The notes beneath the pieces were generated by a model, which was not told where the DNA came from, did not search any database, and was given only the letters and a program-made list of their open reading frames with translations. From Williopsis jadinii (taxonomy: Eukaryota): 64,000 nt of DNA. The translations under genes and the position numbers were made by a program. The stretch lies in assembly GCA_024346625.1 (NCBI GenBank), contig AP024666.1, forward strand, positions 558,001-622,000. The letters run 5' to 3'. Positions 24,340 through 33,769 of the stretch are shown here, in pieces (the stretch's first letter is position 1; each line of letters opens with the position of its first letter).

Positions 24340-25182
24340 TTATTTCCCCTTTGAGCGTTTCTTACCTAACCTTTCCCTGGCTCTTTGAAACTCTTCTTCG
24401 CTAGGTTCTTCAACAGCGTCCTTTTTCGACTTTTTGCCTCTTTTCTTTGTATTCGAATACTTTGATTCGAGTCTCGAGATCAAGTCATCCATGGATTGCT
24501 TCTTCCTCGACTGAATGAGCTGTCTTAGGTCGTCCTCGCTGTCCAGCTTTCTCTTGTTGCCGACGATTTCCTTCTTTAATTGCTCTGCCTCATGAGATTC
24601 ATCTGTCTGTGATTTGAGGTACTTGTCGAAGTTAGTTCTTCTCTTCTTCTTATAGCGGGCCCACTTATTTGTAGACTCGATGACCTCGTCCTCCAGTAGC
24701 TTCTCAACGAGAGCAAACAATCTTTGCTCCTCTTCAAGGGTGACATCCGTGTGAGGAATCGTCTCAAAGAGTTTGAGGAACTCACCATCGTTGGTGATCC
24801 ATGCTTCAATAATGTCCTGCTCTTCTTCTTCGCTGCCTTGGTAAACTTGCTTGTCCTTTTTGATATTATCCTCAGTGATTTCTGCCTTTGTATTTGCGAA
24901 ATACTCGAACCAATCAAATTCACCATCACCAATGTCGTCAAGCGAACCTGTCTGATCATATCGTTTACGCTTCTTCCCATCTGTTAGTATGGAGTGCGCA
25001 AATTGGATCTTCTCAAAATGAGACCTTGACGCGTCTTGTTCTTCGCTGGATTTACCTTGAAGCTTATCAGGATGGTGTAAGAGACATAGTTTCCTGTAAG
25101 ATCTCTTTATTTCTTGTTCATCAGCATCAGTTGAGACCTTTAAAACCTCATACGGGTCTAAATCTGGGAATGGAACTGCCAT
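24340..25182 (-). CDS. J-domain protein, DNAJC9-like
   Basis: DPYEVL..HHPDK..YDQTG J-domain; YQGSEEEEQD; E..EAEQLKKE..L..LIQSR..L..LESKY C-terminal pattern; ATG at 25182. Confidence 0.85.
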   Translation of the reverse strand: MAVPFPDLDPYEVLKVSTDADEQEIKRSYRKLCLLHHPDKLQGKSSEEQDASRSHFEKIQFAHSILTDGKKRKRYDQTGSLDDIGDGEFDWFEYFANTKAEITEDNIKKDKQVYQGSEEEEQDIIEAWITNDGEFLKLFETIPHTDVTLEEEQRLFALVEKLLEDEVIESTNKWARYKKKRRTNFDKYLKSQTDESHEAEQLKKEIVGNKRKLDSEDDLRQLIQSRKKQSMDDLISRLESKYSNTKKRGKKSKKDAVEEPSEEEFQRARERLGKKRSKGK

Positions 25183-25354
25183 GGAGATATAACTTTCCCT
25201 TTTATGTTTGTTGAGGGTGTTGAAGTTGAGAGAGAAGAGAAAGTTAACAGGTGCGCGCGCCTCCAAAATTGAAAAATTTCCCATCATCGACTCGTTAGAG
25301 AAGCACTCATTAAGGGAAACAGAGCGAGCACTTTGCACAGAGATTAACAGAACC

Positions 25355-26020
25355 ATGGTGTACTATTTCAAGTCAGTAGGAAGTGATAAATCCTTTGAGG
25401 ACTCCCCTCGTCTGCTATACATGGGAAAGGATAAGATGGAAAATGAAGATCTCATAAAATACGGACTGGACGATGATGTATGGTTTCATGTTGACAACCT
25501 CAGCTCGGCACACGTCTATCTAAGGCTGGAACCAGGTGAAAAATGGGATCAAATCCCCGAGGCTATTCTTGTTGACTGTGCCCAATTGACAAAGGCCAAC
25601 TCAATACAAGGGAATAAGAGAGATAACGTTACTGTGATATACACTCCATGGAGAAACCTTCGTAAGACAAAGGGAATGGCTGATGGAGAAGTTGGTTTCA
25701 AGAATGAAAAGTCCGTGAAGAAGATCCATATTCAGTTCCGTGAGAACTCTGTGATCAACAGGCTACAGAAGACGCGTGAAGAGATTAAAGGCCGTGAACA
25801 CCTTATTGTCGCAAGAAATGCGAGAGACCGTGATGCCGTGAACAGATTGTTGGAGAAGCAGAGAAAGGAGAAGGAAGAGGCCGAACAGGAAAAGCTTAGA
25901 ATAGCAGAGGAGAGGAAAAGACGTGAAACCATGTATGACGACTTATTCGCTGACCAAGATGAAATAGAAAAGAGCAGTAATCAAAGAAGGATGTACGATC
26001 CAGAAGAGGACTTTATGTAA
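25355..26020 (+). CDS. JLP2: CCDC25/Jlp2 family NFACT-R protein
   Basis: MVYYF, YMGKDK.ENEDLIKY, WFHVDNLSSAHVYLR, QLTKANSIQGNK, C-terminal EEDFM; ATG at 25355. Confidence 0.92.
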   Translation: MVYYFKSVGSDKSFEDSPRLLYMGKDKMENEDLIKYGLDDDVWFHVDNLSSAHVYLRLEPGEKWDQIPEAILVDCAQLTKANSIQGNKRDNVTVIYTPWRNLRKTKGMADGEVGFKNEKSVKKIHIQFRENSVINRLQKTREEIKGREHLIVARNARDRDAVNRLLEKQRKEKEEAEQEKLRIAEERKRRETMYDDLFADQDEIEKSSNQRRMYDPEEDFM

Positions 26021-26406
26021 GATGACTCTCAGTAAGGGCCCCTTCCCTTCCCCACTAATAGACGAAAGTACCACTGCGATTTTATAAACTGGTGTTCTCT
26101 CCACTTGTTATTGTGTACTAACGTGTAGTTATATCATAGCCTTCATTGCTTGTTGTTGTAAATAATATCATGCATATCGATGCCTGCCCTCATGCTCATC
26201 GAGTTGGAATGCTCTTCTGACATTCCAACAAGTTGTAATTATTTACCTACCAAACTTTTTGTCAACATTCCCGTGCTGTGGATTAAAACAAAAGAAAACA
26301 ATCATTAGTGGTTATATAGAATACAGTCTATAGTGATATCAACAAACAGAACGGCAAGAACAACAGCGTTTTGGGAAAGATATAGACCAAAGCATGGCGT
26401 GTTGTT

Positions 26407-27006
26407 CTACTCTAAAACAGATGCACTCTTTGAAGGTTTATGTGACTTGTGGGCATGCGGTTTAGCTCTTTTCGGTATCGTAAACACCTCAGATATCGAG
26501 TTGCTTTGTTTATGTCTGAATAACCCCTTCCATCTCGAAGATTTTGGAGTCTCAAAATCGCTGTCATTAACGTAGATGCTATACCGTACTCCCTCTCTCG
26601 CCGTTTGTACCTGAGCTCTTTCCACGTTGTGTATCTTTGTCTCTAATTCAACAGGCGTTGTCGGTGTTGATGATGGAATACGCCCTCTCAGTGATGGGAA
26701 GCATGAAGCTGGGACGTATAGTGGCTTCTTATGCCGTGTGTTAGGGGTCGACTCCGAAGATGATGAAACCTTACGCGGCGAGGCGGCAGCTCTCCATGCC
26801 TCTTCCTCGTCTTTATCCATATCAAGCTGTTGTAGCAGAGAGCCGTCCATGCCATATTCATCGCGGTCGTCGTCTTCAGGAACTGTGTCGTGGGAACTGC
26901 TATAGTTTCGTGTCAGGGACAGCTCTGTAAGAGATGTGGACGCTGTATTCGTTGAGTCCGCAGTCCTGGATCTGCGTGGCGTCGTCGTAACAAATGCGCT
27001 ACCCAT
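26407..27006 (-). CDS. Hypothetical Ser/Thr-rich disordered protein
   Basis: 199-aa ATG-initiated ORF filling the space between JLP2 and DER1; no recognised domain. Confidence 0.6.
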   Translation of the reverse strand: MGSAFVTTTPRRSRTADSTNTASTSLTELSLTRNYSSSHDTVPEDDDRDEYGMDGSLLQQLDMDKDEEEAWRAAASPRKVSSSSESTPNTRHKKPLYVPASCFPSLRGRIPSSTPTTPVELETKIHNVERAQVQTAREGVRYSIYVNDSDFETPKSSRWKGLFRHKQSNSISEVFTIPKRAKPHAHKSHKPSKSASVLE

Positions 27007-27310
27007 AGTTTACGAGAAGCCTTTAGTGTGTGTTGTAGAGTGTGATTTTCTATGTGTCTGAGCTTGCTCCTGTGTGGAAAGTTGTGATGGCTGTTTATTG
27101 TTTGGGAGGACCCGGTAGGAGGGACAGGAAATGTTGAGGGAGCGTCAGCGCGCGCGCACAAGATTTTAAGGCCCGTTGCGAAAAATAGAAACACCCCTAC
27201 AACGTGAAAAGGGAAAGATACTTACGTCATAATTTTCGAAATCCCGGTAGTAATTGAATAAAGACGGTTAACCCATACATTTGAGGTATACACAGGTTTG
27301 AGTGCTCAGT

Positions 27311-27979
27311 ATGGAGCGCATGGCATTCCAATGGGCTGCGAACATGCCCCTGGTTACGAGGTGCTGGTGCATAGCGTCTATTGCTACAGCGGTGATGATT
27401 AGCGTCAATCTGATCAGCTTTGAGGACACTCTGTTCTCTTCACGGTTAGTGTGGAAGGACAAACAGGTATGGCGGATACCGCTATCGTTAGCATACGTGG
27501 GTGATTTGGATATGAATTTGTTCTATTCATTATTGCAGCTGGTCACTATATCAGGCGACTTGGAAGGTTCCCTCGATAATACGTTTGAGTACGTCTGGTT
27601 GATCGCCACTACGAGTCTCATCCAAATACTCGTTGATACGATACGCGGAAAGTATTCCTCGTTGTCATCTCAGATACTCACCACTTTACTGTACTTCTGG
27701 GCAAAGAGAAGACCTGATGCGGAGCTGAGAATATTGATTGTGGTCGGTATCAGAGCATCTTACTACTGTCTGCTTTCAATATTGACATACTTCTTCCTTG
27801 GAGACGAGAGACACCTTTTAAGCATAGCGATAGGACACGTAGTGTTCTATTCTTACGAAATTGCACCAAGCGTGCTCGGCATAAACCCATTGGCACCACC
27901 ATGGACTCAAGTCAAGCCTTTCCTAGAGGCAAGAGAACGTTGGAAAAAATTGAGGGCAATACGGGAACACAGGGAATGA
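27311..27979 (+). CDS. DER1: Derlin (ERAD rhomboid pseudoprotease)
   Basis: PLVTR.W, QVWR, LEGS, LYFWAKR.P, IGHV.F; multiple TM segments. Confidence 0.82.
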   Translation: MERMAFQWAANMPLVTRCWCIASIATAVMISVNLISFEDTLFSSRLVWKDKQVWRIPLSLAYVGDLDMNLFYSLLQLVTISGDLEGSLDNTFEYVWLIATTSLIQILVDTIRGKYSSLSSQILTTLLYFWAKRRPDAELRILIVVGIRASYYCLLSILTYFFLGDERHLLSIAIGHVVFYSYEIAPSVLGINPLAPPWTQVKPFLEARERWKKLRAIREHRE

Positions 27980-28011
27980 TAGTCATATATATATGATATG
28001 TGTATATATAT

Positions 28012-28557
28012 CTAATGAAAAGTAATGGATTTGTTCATGACAGAACTGGGGTAAGTATCGTCGTATTGGATTCCAAAATGCTCATAAAACTTCCTATCCA
28101 TCTCTGCATCAGCTCCAATCTCACTATTCTGTGTATGCAGCATAGCGGCTAGGTGCTCATCTCTCTGATCCATCTCTCCAATGTCACTCTTTAGAAGATT
28201 AATAGTGAATAGACTCAAATTCATATCTTTCAACATCTTGAACTTGTACAGGCTTCGTATGTAGGGTTTCAACTCTGGTGATATCCACTCTATGTTTGGA
28301 GTGATCAGTGGTTCCCACTGTTGAACCCGTTCCACGTAATGGCCACCCGAAGCATCCTTTTTATCAATCTTCTTAGGAGTTCCATTAACAGATCTAGACT
28401 TAAATGCGGGTCTGTTGATCTTAGAGCGTAACATGTCCATATTTTGCTGTATTCTTCTATTTTTTCTTTTAGGGGTTTTTGGTTCTTCATCAGATAGCTT
28501 CGGCTCTTCATTCCTGTTCTTTATCAGACTAGTCTGAGATCTTGTAACCCTTGACAT
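28012..28557 (-). CDS. Hypothetical basic protein, possibly nuclear
   Basis: 181-aa ATG ORF with TPKRKNRR and TPKK (NLS/CDK-like) motifs; no recognised domain. Confidence 0.6.
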   Translation of the reverse strand: MSRVTRSQTSLIKNRNEEPKLSDEEPKTPKRKNRRIQQNMDMLRSKINRPAFKSRSVNGTPKKIDKKDASGGHYVERVQQWEPLITPNIEWISPELKPYIRSLYKFKMLKDMNLSLFTINLLKSDIGEMDQRDEHLAAMLHTQNSEIGADAEMDRKFYEHFGIQYDDTYPSSVMNKSITFH

Positions 28558-28812
28558 TGCTTCTAAAGTTGACTCTAATAGGTATATAAAAAAGTTGATT
28601 CACTTGCCTCTCGCAGTTCTTTGGTATCCTATTGACCAAAGCTATGTGCAAATAATTTTCGATGCGATGAGATGTTGCGCGTAACAAATAAAGCTTCAAC
28701 TACGAGAAGTAATACAATAGAGTGTCTCTTAGAACTAGTATAAAAAAACTTATATGAATAAATAAAAGAGGAAACTCGTCATATAAAGATCATATGATAC
28801 ATGCGTTATTAA

Positions 28813-29823
28813 TCACAGCTCATCTCTCTGTTCGCCTTCTTGTGCCTTGACGTCCTTTTCTGTGATACCTTCTCTAATTTTCGAAGACCATCCGCGGGCC
28901 TTCTCAAATCCATTTTGACCTGATTGGTAGTTCATGAAGGTTTCATAGATCTTTTCTCTGCTTGTGGCAACAAATGGACCATGTTGCACAACTGGTTGGT
29001 CTAGTGGCTGTCCACCAATGACCACGAATCTCGAGCTACCCTTTTGAGACTCTGGAACCTTTGCAGTAACAGCATCACCATCACGGTCAAAGAATACCGC
29101 GCTGTATTGAGCCATTTTTGTACCGTTAACCTCAAGCCCACCTTGCATTATGTAGAGGAAGACATTGTAGCTTTTTGGAAACTCCTGGATGAAAGATCCA
29201 CCAGGCGCAACTTCATAATCGTAATAATCAACAGCGACTTTAGCCAAGTTCTGTACGGACTTTACACCATAGGCTTCTCCTGCAATGACCTTAACAGTGA
29301 CTTTATCATTTGGTTTGGCAATAGGGATCTCTTCTCTTTTCAAATCTCTATACAGAGGATCACAATTCTTCAACTCTTGTGGCAGGTCAACCCATAGTTG
29401 CATACCAACACAAGGTTTGTTATCTTCTGTTCTAACGGGGATTTCTGCGTGAACAATACCCTTACCAGCAGTCATGAATTGTAAATCACCTGGTCTCAAG
29501 ACACCTGTTGATCCGGTGAAATCTTCATGAGCCACCATACCTTCCAGGACATAAGTAACTGTGGAGAATCCATAATGAGGGTGATCTGGGAACCCAGCTG
29601 GTGCCTGAACTGTAAAATGATCCAACATAAGGAAAGGTGGGAAGTTTCTTTGCTTCATTGTACCGATTGAACGTCTAACATGTGCACCAACACCCTCTTC
29701 CTGTGCAATTGCAGCAAACGCTTTCAATATAGAACGTGGAGACACCATTTGATTAGTTTTATCTTGATGTTGCACCTTGGTTATTTCAATATCTTCTGAA
29801 GGTATAGAATGATTGTTATCCAT
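28813..29823 (-). CDS. Pirin family bicupin
   Basis: EGVGAHVRRSIG, PFLMLDHF, GFPDHPH, QFMTAGKGIVHAE, QLWVDLP, HGPFV. Start is uncertain (ATG 29889, 29823 or 29748). Confidence 0.93.
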   Translation of the reverse strand: MDNNHSIPSEDIEITKVQHQDKTNQMVSPRSILKAFAAIAQEEGVGAHVRRSIGTMKQRNFPPFLMLDHFTVQAPAGFPDHPHYGFSTVTYVLEGMVAHEDFTGSTGVLRPGDLQFMTAGKGIVHAEIPVRTEDNKPCVGMQLWVDLPQELKNCDPLYRDLKREEIPIAKPNDKVTVKVIAGEAYGVKSVQNLAKVAVDYYDYEVAPGGSFIQEFPKSYNVFLYIMQGGLEVNGTKMAQYSAVFFDRDGDAVTAKVPESQKGSSRFVVIGGQPLDQPVVQHGPFVATSREKIYETFMNYQSGQNGFEKARGWSSKIREGITEKDVKAQEGEQRDEL

Positions 29824-30728
29824 ACTGTGAAAATTTATTCTCAAAGAGGTTAAACAATTGATAAATGATTCCTTCCTCTTTTTATACATGCGATGCCCTC
29901 CAATGGCAATTCAGATTATGAAATGCTTACATGATAAATCCACTGTTGGCCCTATCAATAAGTCGGTGTGGACATCCTGCAATGACAAAGACTTATGTAA
30001 AACGACACAAGGTAAGCACACAGAGAAGGGTATAGAACTTCTCACCATTTGTGGATTTCCTGATTGATGATGTGTCATACACAGAAGTCACTCTCACTGT
30101 TCATAATTGGTGATAAATCATTAGTTGAACGTTAGTAATTCGTTAGAGTTATCGTTACGCAGTCCAGATTAGTAAGCATTAGATGAGACATCGAGGTAGA
30201 TCACTAGGACTCAAGGTGAGTATGGCCACGGATAAATCACATTTGAGATAAAACTTGGATAGAATGGATACGAGTGTTGCCCCCCAAGAAGTGTCCTTTT
30301 GTAGACTTTTGTAGACTTTTGCACCAAATGTGAAACTGCTGTGTTAAGGCACGAAAAGACAGCAAAATGACAGCAAAACTAAGTTGTGGCAAGAAAAGTG
30401 TCCGGATATGGGAAATTCAAGCCTAAAAAATTCAAGCCCTTCCCACGGGAAATCTTTAGGAAGCACACAACGGACATTTTACCAACTCCTTATCTCGCTC
30501 GTATTATCTACCATCGAGTCCAGAAGGGACCAGACGTTCATCTTATCATGTGCCAGTGTAGACCATCCACTCACTACGCGTCGTTTACTGGGCTGGAAGG
30601 CTGTGTCTTTGACACCTTGCTCCGGCATGCATGTAACCGCGAAACACATCGCTGAGTTCATCGACATCTACCCAAAGCACCACTCGTAAATTGTCACATC
30701 TTGTCCTCCAGCTCATTTTGTTTTCTCC

Positions 30729-30949
30729 CTAATCCACCAGCATCTGGCCTTCAAATGTCAAGTCACAGAGCACGTCTCTCGAGAGTGACTGAAGAGTACA
30801 CGAGCAAGACATGCACCGGCTGCGGGACAATAGAACACACACAGTCTCTGACCGACCGCACCTTCCGCTGCGCCTAGTGCAACCTGTTTCTCAACCGCAA
30901 CATCAACGGTGCGCGCAACGTCCTGATCAAGTGTCTTGTCGCATCTTAG
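30729..30949 (+). pseudogene. Fanzor/TnpB nuclease C-terminus (zinc ribbon + RuvC-III), disabled
   Basis: Frame from 30785: VTEEYTSKTCTGCGTIEHTQSLTDRTFRCA*CNLFLNRNINGARNVLIKCLVAS*, with internal TAG at 30875-30877. LIHQHLAFKCQ lies just upstream in another frame. Confidence 0.88.
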
Positions 30950-31135
30950 TAAGACACCCAGACACACAAGGAGTGCGTTCATGCTCCTCTAAAATCACGA
31001 CCTGTTTCGGGCCTGAACCGGTGGTGAAAACGCCGACGACCTAGCTGGTTCAGAAAAAACCGTGGAGGATTACAAGACACCTCACCTCACGTGTTGGCAA
31101 GCTTGAACGAGGTGGTGGCAAATTCTAAACATCGA
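30931..31135 (+). ncRNA. Putative omegaRNA scaffold of the Fanzor relic
   Basis: Multiple stems immediately 3' of the nuclease ORF (see findings); position matches TnpB/Fanzor omegaRNAs. Expression unknown. Confidence 0.45.
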
Positions 31136-32162
31136 TGGGGACCTCAGTTTTAAAAAAAGAGATGGGAACCCCCAGTTTAATCTTCTACGGTATTAAGAAC
31201 AGAGCTTCAACGGTTGAGAGGAGCATCCTTCATAAAAAATGGCCCCCTCCATTGACCCCCACGCTTAGTCAAATAAATCTCCGGAAGTATGCTTCAACGG
31301 CCAAATTTTCACACCCTAAAACCGACATGAATCCAACGCGTTTTTCACGTTGAAGCAGGTGATACACCCCAATGAGCAATGGGCACCAATTTTTTCCGCC
31401 AATATCTACATGCACTATGATTCATACATCGAGACACTGGTGGAATGTACTAGCCCATTTATATATAACCAACGAGGTGCCTCGTTTGAGACGTGATTTC
31501 GTGCGAATGAGACTTGATTCTTCCTGCGCAACCTGGGTATCCACACAGTCTCAACAGAATTTCAACAACATATCACAGCATTACACGGAAACATGGTACG
31601 TTATCCAACAATTCAACATAGCACTCAATAATTCCCCCTACAACCCCACACAATCCGACCTTCAAAACCTTCAAATGCTCTTCGGAGTCCACCTCTTCGG
31701 GTTGGTCTCGAGCGTGTATGGTCATACGTTCTTTTTCCATTTCTGCTGGCTACGCCAACAAATCACAGCCTTTGTATGCACTCGGGTCGTTTTTTGGTTT
31801 TTGTCAGGTTATTCAGTTTCGAAGACTCTGTTTTCGGTGGAACAAAACATGCGTTTTGCATTTTACCCCATACCCCGGACATTAGAACCCATCTCCTACA
31901 CTTTGGATCTAAATCCCGTGCTTTCCATCGGATTGCGACAGAAATGTGTGCCTTGTTTTAAAGTTGTTTGTGGGTGTAAAACACGGGAAAAGGGGAATTG
32001 GACAAGCAAGTCGGTTGTTATGCTTCTGGTTCAGTACAGATTACTAACTTCTCCGTCCCCTTGGGGGGCAAAAAGCTACTATTTAAAGGGTTCATCCCGC
32101 CCTCTTCTAAAATTCTCAAGTCCGCTGTGTTTAACAGTTCTTCCACTATAACGAAACGACTA

Positions 32163-33665
32163 ATGACATCCTTTAACAGAGCACCAACCAACGCAGTTGA
32201 AATCACCTTGCCAAACGGCGTGAAGTACGAACAACCAGTCGGTATCTTCGTCAACAACGAATTCTACGAGACTGACGCAACCATCACCGTTGAGAACCCG
32301 GCTACCGAGGAGAACATTGTTGAGGTTTACTCTGCCAACGCGAATGACGTTGATTACGCTGTCGACTGTGCTGAGAAGGCCTTCAATGAACACTGGTCCA
32401 CATCCTCTTCAGCTACTCGCTCCAAGATCCTTCACAAGATTGCTGACTTGATTGAAGAGAAGAAGGAGCTCATTGCTGCTATTGAATCGTCAGATAACGG
32501 TAAGACACTTGCTTGTTCCCGTGGTGATGTCTCTTTGGTCATCAACTACTTCCGTTACACGGCTGGTTTCACGGACAAGATCGATGGTCGCTCCATTCCT
32601 GGTGACGGTTACGTCAACTACACATACAGAGAGCCATTGGGTGTGTGTGGTCAAATTATCCCATGGAACTTCCCACTCATGATGTTGGCTTGGAAGATTG
32701 CCCCAGCTTTGGCCACATGTAACACCGTTGTTCTTAAGCCAGCTTCTGCTACTCCACTTAACGCTTTGATGTTTGGTAAGATCTGTCAAGAAGCTGGTGT
32801 CCCAGCCGGTGTTGTGAACATTGTTCCAGGTCCAGGTAGAACCTGTGGTGAGGCCATCATCAACCATCCAAAGATCCGTAAGATCGCCTTCACTGGTTCC
32901 ACTTCTATTGGTCGTGAAGTCATGGTTAAGGCTGCTCAATCCAATTTGAAGAAGGTTACTCTCGAGCTTGGTGGTAAGTCTGCCCACCTTGTCTTTGCTG
33001 ACTGTGACTTGGAGAAGACCTACCAGAACTTGGTCAACGGTATCTTTTTGAATGCTGGTCAAATTTGTTCCTCTGGATCAAGAATCTACGTCCAAGACAC
33101 CATTTACGAAAAGATGTTGGAAGGTTTCAAGAAATACATTGAGGAAAACATCAAGGTTGGTAGTCCATTCGACGAGTCCAACTTCCAAGGTGCCATCACC
33201 AACAAGCAACAATTCGACACCATTATGGACTACGTTAAGATTGGTAAGCAATCTGGTGCTAAGTTGCTCTGTGGTGGTGAACGTCTTGGTTCTAAGGGTT
33301 ACTTCATCAAGCCAACTGTTTTCTACGACGTTAAGGAAGATGACCAAATTGTGACCGAGGAAATCTTTGGTCCTGTCGTTGTCATCTCCAAGTTCTCCAC
33401 CATCGATGAGGCCGTTGAGAAGGCTAACCACTCTGAGTATGGTCTCGGTTCTGGTATCCAGACCAACGATCTAAACACCGCTTTGTCAGTTGCAAAGAGA
33501 TTGAAAGCTGGTACCGTTTGGATCAACACATACAACGATTTCGATGCCACTGTTCCATTCGGTGGTTACAAACAATCCGGTTTCGGTAGAGAGATGGGTG
33601 AAGAAGCCCTTGATAACTACACACAGGTCAAGGCTGTCAGAATCAAATTGAGAGACTTGAAATGA
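32163..33665 (+). CDS. ALD6: Cytosolic aldehyde dehydrogenase, ALD6 type
   Basis: [59 protein letters not shown] at 32163. Confidence 0.9.
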   Translation: MTSFNRAPTNAVEITLPNGVKYEQPVGIFVNNEFYETDATITVENPATEENIVEVYSANANDVDYAVDCAEKAFNEHWSTSSSATRSKILHKIADLIEEKKELIAAIESSDNGKTLACSRGDVSLVINYFRYTAGFTDKIDGRSIPGDGYVNYTYREPLGVCGQIIPWNFPLMMLAWKIAPALATCNTVVLKPASATPLNALMFGKICQEAGVPAGVVNIVPGPGRTCGEAIINHPKIRKIAFTGSTSIGREVMVKAAQSNLKKVTLELGGKSAHLVFADCDLEKTYQNLVNGIFLNAGQICSSGSRIYVQDTIYEKMLEGFKKYIEENIKVGSPFDESNFQGAITNKQQFDTIMDYVKIGKQSGAKLLCGGERLGSKGYFIKPTVFYDVKEDDQIVTEEIFGPVVVISKFSTIDEAVEKANHSEYGLGSGIQTNDLNTALSVAKRLKAGTVWINTYNDFDATVPFGGYKQSGFGREMGEEALDNYTQVKAVRIKLRDLK

Positions 33666-33769
33666 GTTGCTTGTAAATATCCGTGATGTTTATTCCTATT
33701 GTTTATGTTTTGTCATTTAGTTTAATTATCCCTATTCCTATTCAATAGTGTTTGTTCTTTAATCTCATT

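Larger units (their letters stand above)
30296..31135 (+). mobile_element. Decayed Fanzor/TnpB-bearing element (non-autonomous relic); boundaries approximate
   Basis: Contains the TnpB-type C-terminus, a structured 3' region and short tandem repeats at the left. No transposase recognised. Confidence 0.7.

Noticed and set aside
28813..28830. Pirin C-terminal RDEL as an ER-retention signal
   Set aside because: No signal peptide; probably coincidental.
30386..30655. 89-aa ORF with 'DVHLIM', superficially like an IS200 Y1 transposase
   Set aside because: No complete HUH motif or catalytic Tyr helix; better explained as out-of-frame Fanzor debris.
31372..32162. 259-aa ORF and TACTAAC (32042-48) suggesting an upstream ALD6 exon
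   Set aside because: Non-protein-like composition; ALD6 is complete from ATG 32163 with a TATA-like box at ~32080; isolated 7-mers occur by chance.
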